Shown here: piece by piece, positions 13,886 to 26,432 of the stretch
How positions within the stretch are numbered: the first letter of the stretch is position 1
Layout: every line of letters begins with the position of its first letter
From: Octopus bimaculoides
Lineage: Eukaryota
Length of the DNA: 64,000 nucleotides
Assembly: GCF_001194135.2 (NCBI RefSeq)
Contig: NC_068997.1
Location: 45,950,721 to 46,014,720, forward strand
Direction: 5' to 3'
Made by a program: the position numbers and the translations under genes
Notes under the pieces: model-generated
Databases searched by the model: none
What the model was told of the DNA's origin: nothing
The model's input: the letters and a program-made list of their open reading frames with translations, nothing else

Positions 13886-14325
13886 AGGTAGGTAGTGGTA
13901 TGTGTTGGTGGCAGTGGTGGTGGTAGTATGTGTTGGTGATGAATAGTAGTGTATTGGTTGTAGTAGTAGAATACTGGTGGATGGTAGTGTGTAGGTGGTA
14001 GTTGTATATTGGCAGTAGTGGAGTGTTGGTGGTGGTGGTGGTGGTGGTAATAGTAGAGTACTTGTGGTTGGCCGAGTACAGGTAATAGTAGTGGTGGTGG
14101 TAGCATGTTGGTGGTAGTAAAGTGTTAGTTGGTATTAGTTTATTTGTGGCTGTAGTAAGTAGAAGTTGAAAGTTGGTGGTAAATGATAGTGTATTGGTTG
14201 TAGTAGTGGCTGTGGTGGCATATTGGTTGTAGTAGTGGCTGTGGTGGTATGATGAGGATGCAAGTGTGGTGGTGGTGTTGATGGTCGTGTGAAACAAGTG
14301 GTAGTAATGTGTTGGTGGTGGTACA
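13886..14325. repeat. Degenerate (GGT/AGT)n low-complexity tract
   Basis: Read directly. It abuts the truncated end of exon A'. Confidence 0.9.
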
Positions 14326-15095
14326 AAATAAACAGCTGTAGAGGAAGAGATGGGAGATCAGATAAGAACAGGAGAAAGTAAGAGAGAGAGGGTAAGAAAA
14401 CCCCAACACACACACACAAGCTGTATGTAGTTACTCAACCTGCTAGAAATAGCAGCCATTTCTCAATCAAATCATACTCTACCATCTTGAGAAAAAAAAA
14501 GGGGACACATTGAATAATGCAGACCAAAATATTCTTCAAAAGACATGATACTGGGTGGAATACTCTTGATTACAGGGAAGCTCAATTGGGACTAATTAAC
14601 AATAACTCGTTAGCAACTGTGGTTTACAATTTCAGCACAAGGCCTACAGTTTTAAAGGGTCTGGAGTAACTTGCTACCACTGATCCTAGAAGATAACTGC
14701 AACTTTATTTTATCAACCCCAGGAAGATGGAGAGTAAAGTTGACCCCAGTCCTCAGTCAAATCGTCCAACCCATGCTAGCATGGAAAGCGGACGTTAAAC
14801 GATGATGATGATGATGAACACAAAGTCTGCCTCATCATCGTCATTTAATATCCACTTTTCCATGCTTGCATGAGTCAGAAGGGAACTTTCTAAGGCAGAT
14901 TTTTTTATGCTAGATGCCCTTCTTTGTCACTAGCCCTCACTTATTTCCAAGCAAGACAATACTTCCCCATGGCTAGACATGTTCTCACAGAATACTGGAA
15001 ATGAATGCAACTGCTTGAATGAAAAATTCATTTACAACTTTCACATGATGTCAAGACAAGGAGAGACAAGCATACACACACTTACACAAGCATAT

Positions 15096-15481
15096 TGTTG
15101 TTGGCACTCCGTCGCTTACGACGTCGAGGGTTCCAGTTGATCCGATCAATGGAACAGCCTGTTCGTGAATTAACGTGCATGTGGCTGAGCACTCCACAGA
15201 CACGTGTACCCTTAACGTAGTTCTCGGGGATATTCAGCGTGACACAGAGTGTGACAAGGCTGACCCTTTGAACCACAGGCACAACAGAAACAGGAAGTAA
15301 GAATGAGAGAAAGTTGTGGTGGAAGAGTACAGCAGGGTTCGCCACCATCCCCTGCCGGAGCCTCGTAGAGCTTTAGGTGTTTTCGCTCAATAAACACTCA
15401 CAACTCCCGGTCTAGGAATCGAAACCGCGATCCTATGACCGCGAGTCCGCTGCCCTAACTACTGGGCCATTGTGCCTCCAC
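15096..15481 (-). mobile_element. Full-length tRNA-derived SINE (family 1) with 12-bp TSD
   Basis: Head gtggaggcacaatggcccagtag...ggtttcgattcc carries A/B boxes. TSD acacaagcatat at 15084-15095 and 15482-15493. Confidence 0.9.
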
Positions 15482-15517
15482 ACACAAGCATATATACATA
15501 CATGTATATATGTGTTA

Positions 15518-16040
15518 AGGGATGAAATAGAAGAGGTGAGCAGTTATGCATATCTTGGTCAAGAAGTGACTATGAGGCGTGAGATGGAGAATGAGATCTC
15601 GCGAAAGGTAAGAGCAGGATGGAGAGCATTCAACTCAATGAAGGATTTGCTGAGGGCAAACCTAGACAAGGCAACTCACACCAATCTCTTCAACAGTACA
15701 GTCTTGCCTGCAATGCTATATGCATGTGAGATTTGGGCCTTGACAAAGAGAGAAGAACAACATCTGCTTATGGTGCAGAGAGCTATGGAAAGGTCAATGC
15801 TGGGAATTTTGCTGAGAGATCACATCCAGAATGAGATCAAGAGCAGAACTGGAGTGAAGGACGTCATCGCAGAATGCCACCACGCAAAGCTATGACGGAC
15901 CGGTCGTGTCGCAGGTTCACAGAAAAATTGTCAAGTGGTACCCGCGCAAGCAGAAGAGACCACTCGGGAAGACTTCCAAATCAGGTGGGAAGATGTTTGG
16001 AGCAACATGGAGGAGAATGGCAAGAGCACAAGGGGAATGT
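15518..16040 (+). mobile_element. RTE LINE 3' RT fragment
   Basis: DEIEEVSSYAYLGQEV...NSTVLPAMLYACEIW...QRAMERSMLG, then WYPRKQKRPLG. Confidence 0.85.
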
Positions 16041-16479
16041 AGCAAATGCTGTGGCCAGCAGAGCCAACTCAGCGACAGACAGTCTGGCTGATCTAGGTAA
16101 TGTGCGTGTGTATGTGTGTGCGTGTGTATGTGTGTGCGCGTGTGCACGCTTCTGTATTTTTTATATATTACTCAGTATCAACCTACCAATTTATACTTGG
16201 TAGCCAAACCTAGGATTTATAAATTGAACTGGTGACAGCTTGTTAAGTTTGGATTACCAGGATTCCATCTATCAAAGGATAAATTTGGTAGCCTCATGTA
16301 TCTTACCTGTACAGAGAGCTTACTAAATTTTTTGCTTGGATTATCAATTCCTTTNNNNNNNNNNNNNNNNNNNNNNNNNNNNNNNNNNNNNNNNNNNNNN
16401 NNNNNNNNNNNNNNNNNNNNNNNNNNNNNNNNNNNNNNNNNNNNNNNNNNNNNNNNNNNNNNNNNNNNNNNNNNNNNNN

Positions 16480-16516
<37 letters not shown>

Positions 16517-18599
16517 AAAAGATTTCTTTCAGTTTCTATCTACCAAATCCACTCACAAGACTTTGGTTAGGCTGGGGCTTATAGTAGAAGACATATGCCC
16601 AAGTTATCACAAGGCATTTTGGTCGATACCAAACAATTCTGCCAGCTCATCAGCTTATAGTAAACAATAATTGTAACAATATATCTGGGATACAAACATT
16701 TGATCTTTTGCACTGGTTATCCTGATCAGTACCCCACCAAGCTCTGGCCAACACCCCCACCAAACTCTGGCCAAGACTCCACCAAGATTTCAACCAAACT
16801 GTAACAATTAAAAACCAACAAACCTAAGGATTCAGCAGTGCCATCTTTCTTTGGTAGCTGTACAACAAAAGAGAAAGTAGAGGTCAGTTCAGAGGTGAGG
16901 AGTAAAATGTTCAGATCAGTGGAACAATATAAGACAGCGGATAAAATGAAGCCGTTGTCTTCCCAGATGGGCAGAGAAGTGTTTAAATAGGGTGAAGCCT
17001 TTAATAGGAATTAGGGGTGTTTATATACAGACCTTGCAACATGTATGTATATAGTCTGTTTATAGAAACATCAAAACTGAGGTGTTTTTGTAAGTTTAAT
17101 AGTTTGAACAAGAATAATGTCATTAACCCTTTAGTGTTTAAACCGGCTGTATCCGGCCCAGATATTCTACCCATTTTATGCTCAAACTGGCCAGAACCAG
17201 CATCTCACACCTACCCTGCAATGTCATTCTAAAAATAATTACATCTTTCCTATCTTGAAGCTACAAAATAATATCAGATAATTTTTTTTTAATGTGAATA
17301 AATAAGGATTACTTTTGACAAATTAATCTATCATACAAGCAATGCCATTCATTTCCAATATTCCACAAAAACATGTCTGGTCATGGAGAAATATTACCTT
17401 GCTTGAAAACAAACGAGGGTTGGCAATAGACAGGAGAAAGGGCAACCCATACAAGCATGGAAAAGTAGGCATTAAAACAACAATGACAATAATTCCTCTT
17501 TCATCTACCTATATGGGTGATGGCCATGCTTTCAATAATCAATGGCTACAAAGTAATTTTTATTTTTTATTTTTACTAATATACAGGAGTGGCTGTGTGA
17601 TAAGTAGCTTGCTTACCAACCACATGGTTCCAGGTTCAGTCCCACTGTGTGGCACCTTGGGCAAGTGTCTTCTACTATAGTCTCGGGCCGACTAAAGCCT
17701 TGTGAGTGGATTTGGTAGACGGAAAACTGAAAGAAGCCCATCGTATATATGTATATATATCTGCCAAATCAGACTGGAGCCTGGTGTTGCCATCCGGTTT
17801 CACCAGTCCTCAGTCAAATCGTCCAACCCATGCTAGCATGGAAAGCGGACGTTAAACGATGATGATGATGATGATGATGATATATATATATATGTGTGTG
17901 TGTGTTTGTGTGTCTGTGTTTGTCCCCCCAACATCGCTTGACAACCGATGCTGGTGTGTTTACGTCCCCGTAACTTAGCGGTTCAGCAAAAAGAGACCGA
18001 TAGAATAAGTACTAGGCTTACAAAGAATAAGTCCTGGGGTCGATTTTGCTCGACTAAAAGGCGATGCTCCAGCATGGCCGCAGACAAATGAACTTACTTA
18101 GCTCCCTCTTCCATTACTAGCTTGCTCAAACACTCTGAGCCCTTTCCTGATGAGACTTTACCAAATAGATATCTCAACAGCAAGGCTCTTCCGTGACCCT
18201 AGATTAATGAACTCTTTTAAGGAGGTCTTGAGAGTGTCCTTGTAGGGTTTGCATCGTCCTCCAACTGAACCCCTTCCACCTTGCTGTTGTGGTAAAGTGA
18301 CCCCAACAAGCACAACTGGGCTCTGTGTTGGAGCATGTGGATACTGGGTAACATAGTACAATTGAGGGCCTGTGCATAGGACCGTGTTTTGCCAACAAAT
18401 ACATACATACTTCCATGTATACATACACACATCAATAAGGGTGCTTCTACATGGTTACTCAACCTGCTAGAAATAGCAACCAACTCTCTCTCAAATCTCA
18501 TTATACTATGTTAAAAAAAAGCTGGAATAGTCATGGTTAGAATGCGTTTTGACTGTAAGGTACTCAATCTTTCTCCTTATCTACAAGAATTTATTCCAA

Positions 18600-18960
18600 T
18601 CTATAAAAGCCTACAACATAGCGTCCCCTTCCGAAAATGGGCAACATACCTCTTACCCTATGAACTATCATCCTATTGCTCTCCCAACAAACAGTCCACA
18701 AACAACAACCTCTTTCATTATCTCGAGTTTCTTTCCCTTTTCAGTGGCCACCACAATGGTTTCTATGGAAGCAAAGACTTTCTCACCTCCAAACACCAGT
18801 GATCTCTTACTCTTGAAAACTTCGGTGAGTGATGCTACCATTATCTTTAACATCAGTAAAGGCTTCCTTTTCACCGTGTCTGGCACAAGAAACTCCTAGC
18901 CAATGGGATTCATCAATCCATTGTCTGCCAGTGGGATCCATCAATCTCTCATCTACAGGG
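18600..18960 (+). mobile_element. CR1/Jockey-like RT fragment, degenerate
   Basis: NYHPIAL and ISKG...VWHKKLL resemble NYRPISL and DISKAFDRVWH..LL. Confidence 0.55.
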
Positions 18961-19239
18961 TTAAGAAGTTCCCAACCAGCTCACTCCAAAGCAACATTCA
19001 CAATCAGGGCTCACATTCCAACCAACCAGCTATCAATTCTTGTGTACAGTAATCCCTCGACTATTCCAGGATTATTTTTTATTGAACAAAGAGGGATGAT
19101 TGGCAAAGCCGACCTCAGCAGGATTTGAACCAAGAGTGTAAAGAGCTAAAACAAGCACTGCACAGTATTTTTTTTAACGCCAATACTCAAATAATTCTGC
19201 CAACTAACTGTTCTTAGAATAATTGTCATTTATAAATAA

Positions 19240-19858
19240 TAGGCACAAAGCCAGCAATTTTTGAAGTGAAGGGGACCAGTTGATTATATCAACCCCAGTA
19301 CTTGACTGGTACTTTAATTTATCAATTCTGGATGGATGAAAGGCATAAATCAAACTTAGCCGGATTTGGAACTCAGAACACGAAGTGAGGTGACTAAATA
19401 TTGCAGAGTATTTTATCCAACATTCTACCAACTAACCACCTTTCAGAATAATGATAATAATTTCTTTCAAATTTTAGCACAAGGCTTGCAATTTTGAAGG
19501 GAGTGAGTGAGTCAGTTACATCAATCCAAGCACTTCACTGGTACTTTATTTCATCAACCCAAAAATATTAAAGGCAAAGTTGATTTTGGCGGGAATTTAA
19601 ACTCAAAATGTAAAGAGTCAGAAATAATAATAATAATCCTTTCTAATATGGACATAAAGCCTGAAATTTGAGGGGAGGGGATAGGTCGATCATATCGACT
19701 CCAGTACTTGACTGGTACTTAATTTATCAACCCTGAAAGGATGAAAGGCAAAGTCGACGTTGGCAGAATTTGAACTCAGAACGTAGTGGCAGACGAAATA
19801 CTGCTAAGCATTTTGTCCAGTGAACTAACAATTCTGCCAGCCTGCCACCTTAAATGAT

Positions 19859-19889
<31 letters not shown>

Positions 19890-21150
19890 TATTCTCAGAC
19901 ATGACAGTGTTGGGACTTATATACACTGGAAGCTATAACAACACTATGAAATGACAACAGAAAAAAAACGATGGTATAGGCACACCCTAGAAAAGGTCAC
20001 AGAAAATGAGAAAGTAACCATACTCTGGGATATGCCAATACACACGGATAGTGAAATCAAGGCTAATAGACTGGATATAGTTGTCAGAAATCACCAAGAA
20101 AAAAAGATGCCTTCTAATCGATGTATCAATACCAACAGATGATGTTTCTCTAAAAGAAACGGAGACACTTCCAAAATACAAAGATCTGGAAATAGAGGTA
20201 ACTCGAATGTGGAGCCTAAAATCAGAAACAATTCCTATTGTAGTAGGTACATATAGTAGAAAGGATTATTTTATCAATGCTAAAAGGATTAAAGGTAAAG
20301 TCAACCTCAGTGGAATTTGAACTCAGAACACAAAAACAGACGAAATGCCACAAAGCATTTTGCCCAATGTGCCTGCTGCCTTTTTTTAAAAATTTTTTTG
20401 CAATAATAATGATAATAATAACCTTTCTACTATAGGTACAAGGCCTGAAATTTCAGGAGACAGGACTAGTTGATCACACTGACCCCAGTGCTCAACTGGT
20501 ACTTATTTTATCGACCTTGAAAGGATGAAGGGCAGAGTTGACCCTGGCAGAATTTGAACTCAGCACGTAAAGACAGACAAAATACCGCTAANNNNNNNNN
20601 NTTAAAGGTAAAGTCAACCTCAGTGGAATTTGAACTCAGAACACAAAAACAGACGAAATGCCACAAAGCATTTTGCCCAATGTGCCTGCTGCCTTTTTTT
20701 AAAAATTTTTTTGCAATAATAATGATAATAATAACCTTTCTACTATAGGTACAAGGCCTGAAATTTCAGGAGACAGGACTAGTTGATCACACTGACCCCA
20801 GTGCTCAACTGGTACTTATTTTATCGACCTTGAAAGGATGAAGGGCAGAGTTGACCCTGGCAGAATTTGAACTCAGCACGTAAAGACAGACAAAATACCG
20901 CTAAGCATTTTGCCCAGCATACTAATAATTCTTTTCTACTATAGGCACAAGGCCTGAAAATTTTGGGGAGGGGTGCCAGTCGATTAGATCAACCCCAGTA
21001 CATAACTGGTACTTAATTTATCGACCCTGAAAGGATGAAAGGTAAAGTCGACCTCAGCGGAGTTTGAACTCAGAACGTAAAGGCAGACGAAATACCGCTA
21101 AGCATTTTGCCCAGTATGCTAATGATTAAGCCAGCTTACCGCCTTTGCAC
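19240..21150 (-). mobile_element. Head-to-tail cluster of SINE family 3 (Nin/Deu-like core) separated by (TAA)n
   Basis: Repeated gaaaggatgaaaggcaaagtcgac...gaatttgaactcagaac units. Other copies at about 11623, 12475, 24805, 36930 and 46618. Confidence 0.82.
19895..20250 (+). mobile_element. R4/Dong-like non-LTR element, restriction-like endonuclease region
   Basis: RHDSVG.YIHW...ENEKVTILWD..IHTD..IKANRLDIVV...LIDVSIP...KYKDLEIE. Directly preceded by (TAA)n. Confidence 0.75.
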
Positions 21151-21179
21151 CAATAATAACAACAATAAGCTATACTCAC

Positions 21180-21205
21180 CACACTTTCAGCCATATTTAA
21201 ATTGT
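21180..21205 (-). CDS. SAFB-like gene, micro-exon C' (NLNMAESV), probable paralogue of exon C
   Basis: ccctctttttttttgtag acceptor, GTGAGT donor, 26 nt, phase 1-0. Confidence 0.62.
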
Positions 21206-21354
21206 CTACAAAAAAAAAGAGGGAAATAAAAAAAAACTTTTAAAAGCTTGAAAATGAAGTATCTGAACAAACATTGTTACTTTCAAATAAACAGTAAGTT
21301 ATAAACTCTTGAAAAAGTTGTTTCCTGATTTTCCACTCTACCACAGACTAATTA

Positions 21355-22590
21355 CACTGGTCAACAAGTATTTTTCATCAAGCATATGTCAAGGTATACT
21401 CAGTCTAGTTTCTAATGCTGATTTCAAATACACAATTAGTTTTTTGATATCACGTACAGTTTTCAAGATGAGAAATTTTTGAGGTTTTAGCTCATGCATT
21501 ATATAGAACTTCCAGTTGATGATGTGTACGCATGTATTTCATTTACATCATGGAAACATTTGTTGTTGGCACTCCATCGCTTACAACGTCGAGGGTTCCA
21601 GTTGAACCAATCAACGGAACAGCCTGCTCGTGAAATTAACGTNNNNNNNNNNCCGCGATCCTATGACCGCGAATCCGCTGCCCTAACCACTGGGTCATTG
21701 CGCCTCCACCATGGAAACATACCTTTAAAATAAACTACATTACTCATTGCTGCATAGTTCAGATGCAATATTTCATCATCTTAAATGAACCAATCAAGTT
21801 TTGTCTAATGAAATAGGTATTTCAACATCTTAAATTGTCCAGTCATAATTGGTCTGATGAAATATCTCATCAAATTCAATATAAGTATAACTACTTATTT
21901 TACGGTGTTAACAATGTCAAGACTGTGTAGAAATTGTTTTGTTATGTCTGTGGACAATTTATTGTGAAAGCTCAAGAATGCACAATAACCCCAGAGATCA
22001 AGAAGATTTATAAGCTATACTTTGACTGTCCTCTTGGAGATCAGGACAAGTTATTGGCACCACATTTTATCTGCTCAGCTTGCTCAAATGGCTTACGTGA
22101 CTGGTTCGTTAAGAAGTCGTCCTTGCCTTTTACCATTCCAATGATATGAAGGGAGCTGAAAGACCATTTTAATGACTGTTATTTTTGCAAAATAAATGTC
22201 ACAGGATTTTCTATGAAGAATAAACACAAAATTGTGTATCCCAATTAGGATTCTGCAATGAGACCTGTGCCTCACAATGGAAGTCTGCCAATTCCAGTTC
22301 CACCAGATGATAATGCTGACTGTCACAATAGTGCTGCTGAGGAAGATTACGTGGCTGATGACAATAGCTTTGAACCTCAGAAATTTTCCCAAGCTGAACT
22401 GAACGACCTTGTCAGAGACCTATCCCTCTCAAAAGATAAAGCAGAACTGTTGGCATCAGGACTGAAGGAGAAGTATCTGCTAGAGCACGGTGTTCGTATA
22501 ACTTATTTTTGGCAGAGAAATGTGTTTCTACAAACGTGTTTTTCTGTTGAAGGCCTGCTTTGCTTTTGCAGTAACATCGATGGACTGCAT
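21355..22590 (+). mobile_element. CMC-Chapaev3-like DNA transposon, 5' end and transposase N-terminal half (inactivated)
   Basis: Terminus cactggtcaac after tta. FCYVCG, APHFICSAC, DCYFC and FSQAELNDLVRDLSLSKDKAELLAS motifs, with in-frame stops. Family assignment is from recall. Confidence 0.65.
21560..21709 (-). mobile_element. SINE family 1 copy (gap-collapsed) inserted in the Chapaev3 relic
   Basis: TSD catggaaacat at 21549-21559 and 21710-21720. Confidence 0.85.
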
Positions 22591-22746
22591 TCCCATTAAC
22601 ATTCCAATGACTTTTAAATCTCCACATGGTATTGGATTCAGTCCCATTGCATGGCACCTTGGGCAAGTGTCTTCTACTATAGCCTCGGGCCGACCAAAGC
22701 CTTGTGAGTGGATTTGGTAAACGGAAACTGAAAGAAGCCTGTCGTA

Positions 22747-22789
<43 letters not shown>

Positions 22790-22962
22790 GTATGTGTGTG
22801 TGTGTATATGTTTGCGTGTGTGTTTGTCCCCCCAACATCGCTTGACGACCGATGCTGGTGTGTTTACGTCCCCATAACTTAGCGGTTCGACAAAAGAGAC
22901 CGATAGAATAAGTACTAGGCTTACANNNNNNNNNNAACGGAAACTGAAAGAAGCCTGTCGTA

Positions 22963-23005
<43 letters not shown>

Positions 23006-23279
23006 GTATGTGTGTGTGTGTATATGTTTGCGTGTGTGTTTGTCCCCCCAACATCGCTTGACGACCGATGCTGGTGTGTTTACGTCCCCATAACTTAGCG
23101 GTTCGACAAAAGAGACCGATAGAATAAGTACTAGGCTTACAAAGAATGTCCTTGGGTCGATTTGCTCGACTAAAAGGCGGTGCTCCAGCATGGCCGCAGT
23201 CAAATGACTGAAAAGAGTAAAAGAGTAAGCCAATACTCGTCAGTTTAGCAAATCAAGTGACAAAAGTTTCTATAATTAC

Positions 23280-23331
23280 CTGAAATCTGCAAATTATCAA
23301 TTCCACTATGGTTTTCTTCCTCTGAAGGAAT
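23280..23331 (-). CDS. SAFB-like gene, putative exon 2 (IPSEEENHSGIDNLQIS)
   Basis: ttttttatacttacag acceptor, GTAATT donor, 52 nt, phase 0-1, compatible with exon 1 and exon C'. Confidence 0.6.
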
Positions 23332-23720
23332 CTGTAAGTATAAAAAAAAAGAATCAAAAATCTAATTGCCATTTTTTGCTTATATCTGTAATTCAATTGA
23401 AGTTAACTTTGATTAAAGTTAATCAAGACAGACCATTGATAGATTTGGAGTGAGAAATTTACATTTTTGGAAAACAATGGACAATGCCAGAAGGGAGAAA
23501 GGAAGAGATGTGGGTAATCAGGAAGTACACCGAAGACTGTGGGTTAGCAATATGCAGGCTCAGGCAAAGCTGGTTATAGGTCCATGCCAGATGTGAGATG
23601 TAAATCTCATTTCAAAAGATAACAGGCCAAGACAAGATGTGAGATAAAAGCTCCAATTTCACACTGCCCATCAAGTGTTTTAATACTCAGTGCTAAATAT
23701 ATGATTTACTTATGATTCAC

Positions 23721-23758
<38 letters not shown>

Positions 23759-25668
23759 ATATGGTATGTATGATGTACTTACAAGTAATACTCTTTTACT
23801 TGTTTCAGTCATTTGACTGCGGCCATGCTGGAGCACCGCCTTTAGTTGAGCAAATCAGCCCCGGGACTTATTCTTTGTAAGCCTAGTACTTATTCTATCG
23901 GTTCTCTTTTGCCGAACCGCTAAGTGATGGGGACATAAACACACCAGCATCGGTTGTCAAGCAATGCTAGGGGGACAAACACAGACACACAAACACACAC
24001 ATATATATACATATATGCGACGGGCTTCTTTCAGTTTCCGCCTACCAAATCCACTCACAAGGCTTTGGTCAGCCCGAGACTATAGTAGAAGACACTTACC
24101 CAAGATGCCATGCAGTGGGACTGAACCCGGGACCATGTGGTTGGTAAGCAAGCTATTTACCACACAGCCACTCGTTAGAATAAAAGCCCTACATAGAACT
24201 ATTTATAACAAAACAATTCTTTACCAAAGGAGCCCCATTTGCTACTAACCGGGGAAGAGGAGAGAGAAAGGCTTTCTTGAAAATCTTCAGCCTATATGCA
24301 CCTCCTACCCCATCCCACAGACATGCACAAAAACATCTGCTCAAGCCTGGTAATATGTGCATCAGACCCAAACAGGCTGACAGGAACACAAAATGGTATG
24401 AAAAGCTATGAAATGAAGATTACAGATTACTTCAACGGAAGTGAAAGGTAAGTTCTGTTATACTGAGGATGTGGGTATTGCAAGTAGAGTTACTACAGGA
24501 GGTAGAATTAATAATAAAATAATGGGTTTCACAAAACATAGACATGCATGATGTTGAAATGTATGTAAGTAGCAGGTTTGCTTCCACTGTTGTAAATACT
24601 TGTCTTCTATTACAATTCCATTCACATGTACTGTATCCCAGTTTTTAGAACAGATATGCTACATGTTGTAAGAAGGATGGTTGCATGTTGTAAGAAGGAT
24701 TGCCAATAAGATAAGCACCTGATCCTAAAACAGTTTCAGAAAAAACTGTCAACCCAACCCAGCATGAAAAAGCAGACATAAAACACGGGTGACAAGAAAT
24801 ATTGCTTTCAAATTTTGGCACAAGGCCAGCAGTTTTGGTGTGGGGGGAAAAATCAATTACGTTGACCCCAGTGCTCAACTGGTACTGATTTTATTGACTC
24901 CAAAAGGATGAAAGGCAAAGTCGACTTCAGCAGAATTTGAACTCAGATTGTTAAGATGAATGAAATGCCACTAAGCATTTTGCCTGGCATGCTAATGATT
25001 CTGCCATCTCACTGCCTTGGTGACAATGAATATTATAATTCCATTCCCCCTGTTCAAGTAATAAACCAACCCTAGTACTTGGCTGATGCTTTTAATTTTA
25101 TCAACTCCAGAAGGATGAAAGACAACGTCGACTCCAGTGGGATTTGAATTCAGAATGTAAAGAGCCACAACTGAATAACAACAGGCATTTGTTGATAAGT
25201 CTACCAAAGCCACCACCTAAGTGTAATCTGCTGGACGTTTAGTGTAAACTTGTTGCTCAATTGCTCTAATTTATTTTCATTCCTTTTTAACCAAAACACT
25301 CAAGAATACCTGGGAATGTTGTTTCTAAAGGGAGTAACTCAGTTTACCTATAGATTCCATATTTAAAAAGGTCAGGGGAGAAAACAATTTTTTTTTCTTT
25401 GTTACTTGTGATTTGTGATGTTTGTAAGTCCATACTTGTTACTAATTACATTTAATTCATTACACCGTGTAACACAATTTTTGCCCTTGGATAGTAACTG
25501 TTATTTCCTATTTGCTTACCCCTAGAAAGAATGAAATATGGTTAATATTTCCTTCAAACTTTGCTTTTGTAAAATTTATTCAAACCCCTCTCAACACATG
25601 GCTATGTTGCTCCTCCACTACTCCTGCTCATGATCAGAGATGCACATATTGTCAGCCACTAAGGGACA

Positions 25669-25800
25669 CAATACAGTTCCATATTTAAGAGATGAGAAAT
25701 TATGTACATTATTTACATTTGACAGATATTTGTCCTCATCTTGTTTGTTGTTAACAACAAACAAGACGAAGACAAATATCTGTCAAATGTAAATAATGTA
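25669..25800. mobile_element. Fold-back fragment of the same Penelope-like repeat with 11-bp TSD
   Basis: 48-bp arms at 25705-25752 and 25753-25800 (2 mismatches). TSD actaagggaca at 25658-25668 and 25801-25811. Confidence 0.8.
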
Positions 25801-26432
25801 ACTAAGGGACATGCTCAAGTGGATAAGGTCAAGTAACTGATAAGCAAATCTGTGGTATTGAGCAGAATATTTGCTATAATGATATTTCTGCTTCAGCAAC
25901 TCAGCACTGAATCTGTCTGAAATGTAATGAAAAATAGGTCAGTTTCAAAATACTGATGTCCAGGTCACAAAAGCAAAATCTGAAGGGAATAGCAGTCACT
26001 TCCTTTGATTTCTAGATAGAGTCAATTAAGAAATAACATTGACTAAAGACAAAAAAAAACAAGTACTTGTATCAAAAATCAGAGGGATCTTAGCTGCAAA
26101 GGGGTATCCAGTAAACCAGCAAATACGGTATATTATTATTAATAGTTTAGCCTTAAAACGTTTGGAAAAGTATATATTGCCATGAAAAATACCATAAAAA
26201 ATCGCAGATGATATTTATGATTCTGCGAACAATTATCAGTTCCACAAATAACCGGGACTACAAATGCCAAACCGCAAATAAGCAAGGGTACACTGTATTT
26301 ATATTGCTATTTATACCATTATATTCTGATTTTTTATTATTTTTAAGTTCTAGGTTCAGTTTGTGTTTTTTTATTTTCATAGAAATGATCTAGTTTCCTA
26401 AAAACATAGTCAAAAAGAAACCAATACCATGT

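Noticed and set aside
15400-15481. tRNA gene calls at SINE heads (also 48006 and 51216)
   Set aside because: A/B boxes are present but each continues into a repeat body and I could not build a full cloverleaf, so these are tRNA-derived heads, not tRNA genes.
20283-20900. Near-perfect direct duplication of about 300 bp
   Set aside because: It straddles a 10-N gap, so it is most likely an unmerged contig overlap. The same applies to 22723-23130 around the gap at 22926-22935.
24400-24460. Isolated plus-strand splice-like sites (also near 12098 and 30593) suggesting an antisense gene
   Set aside because: No consistent exon chain or recognisable protein.
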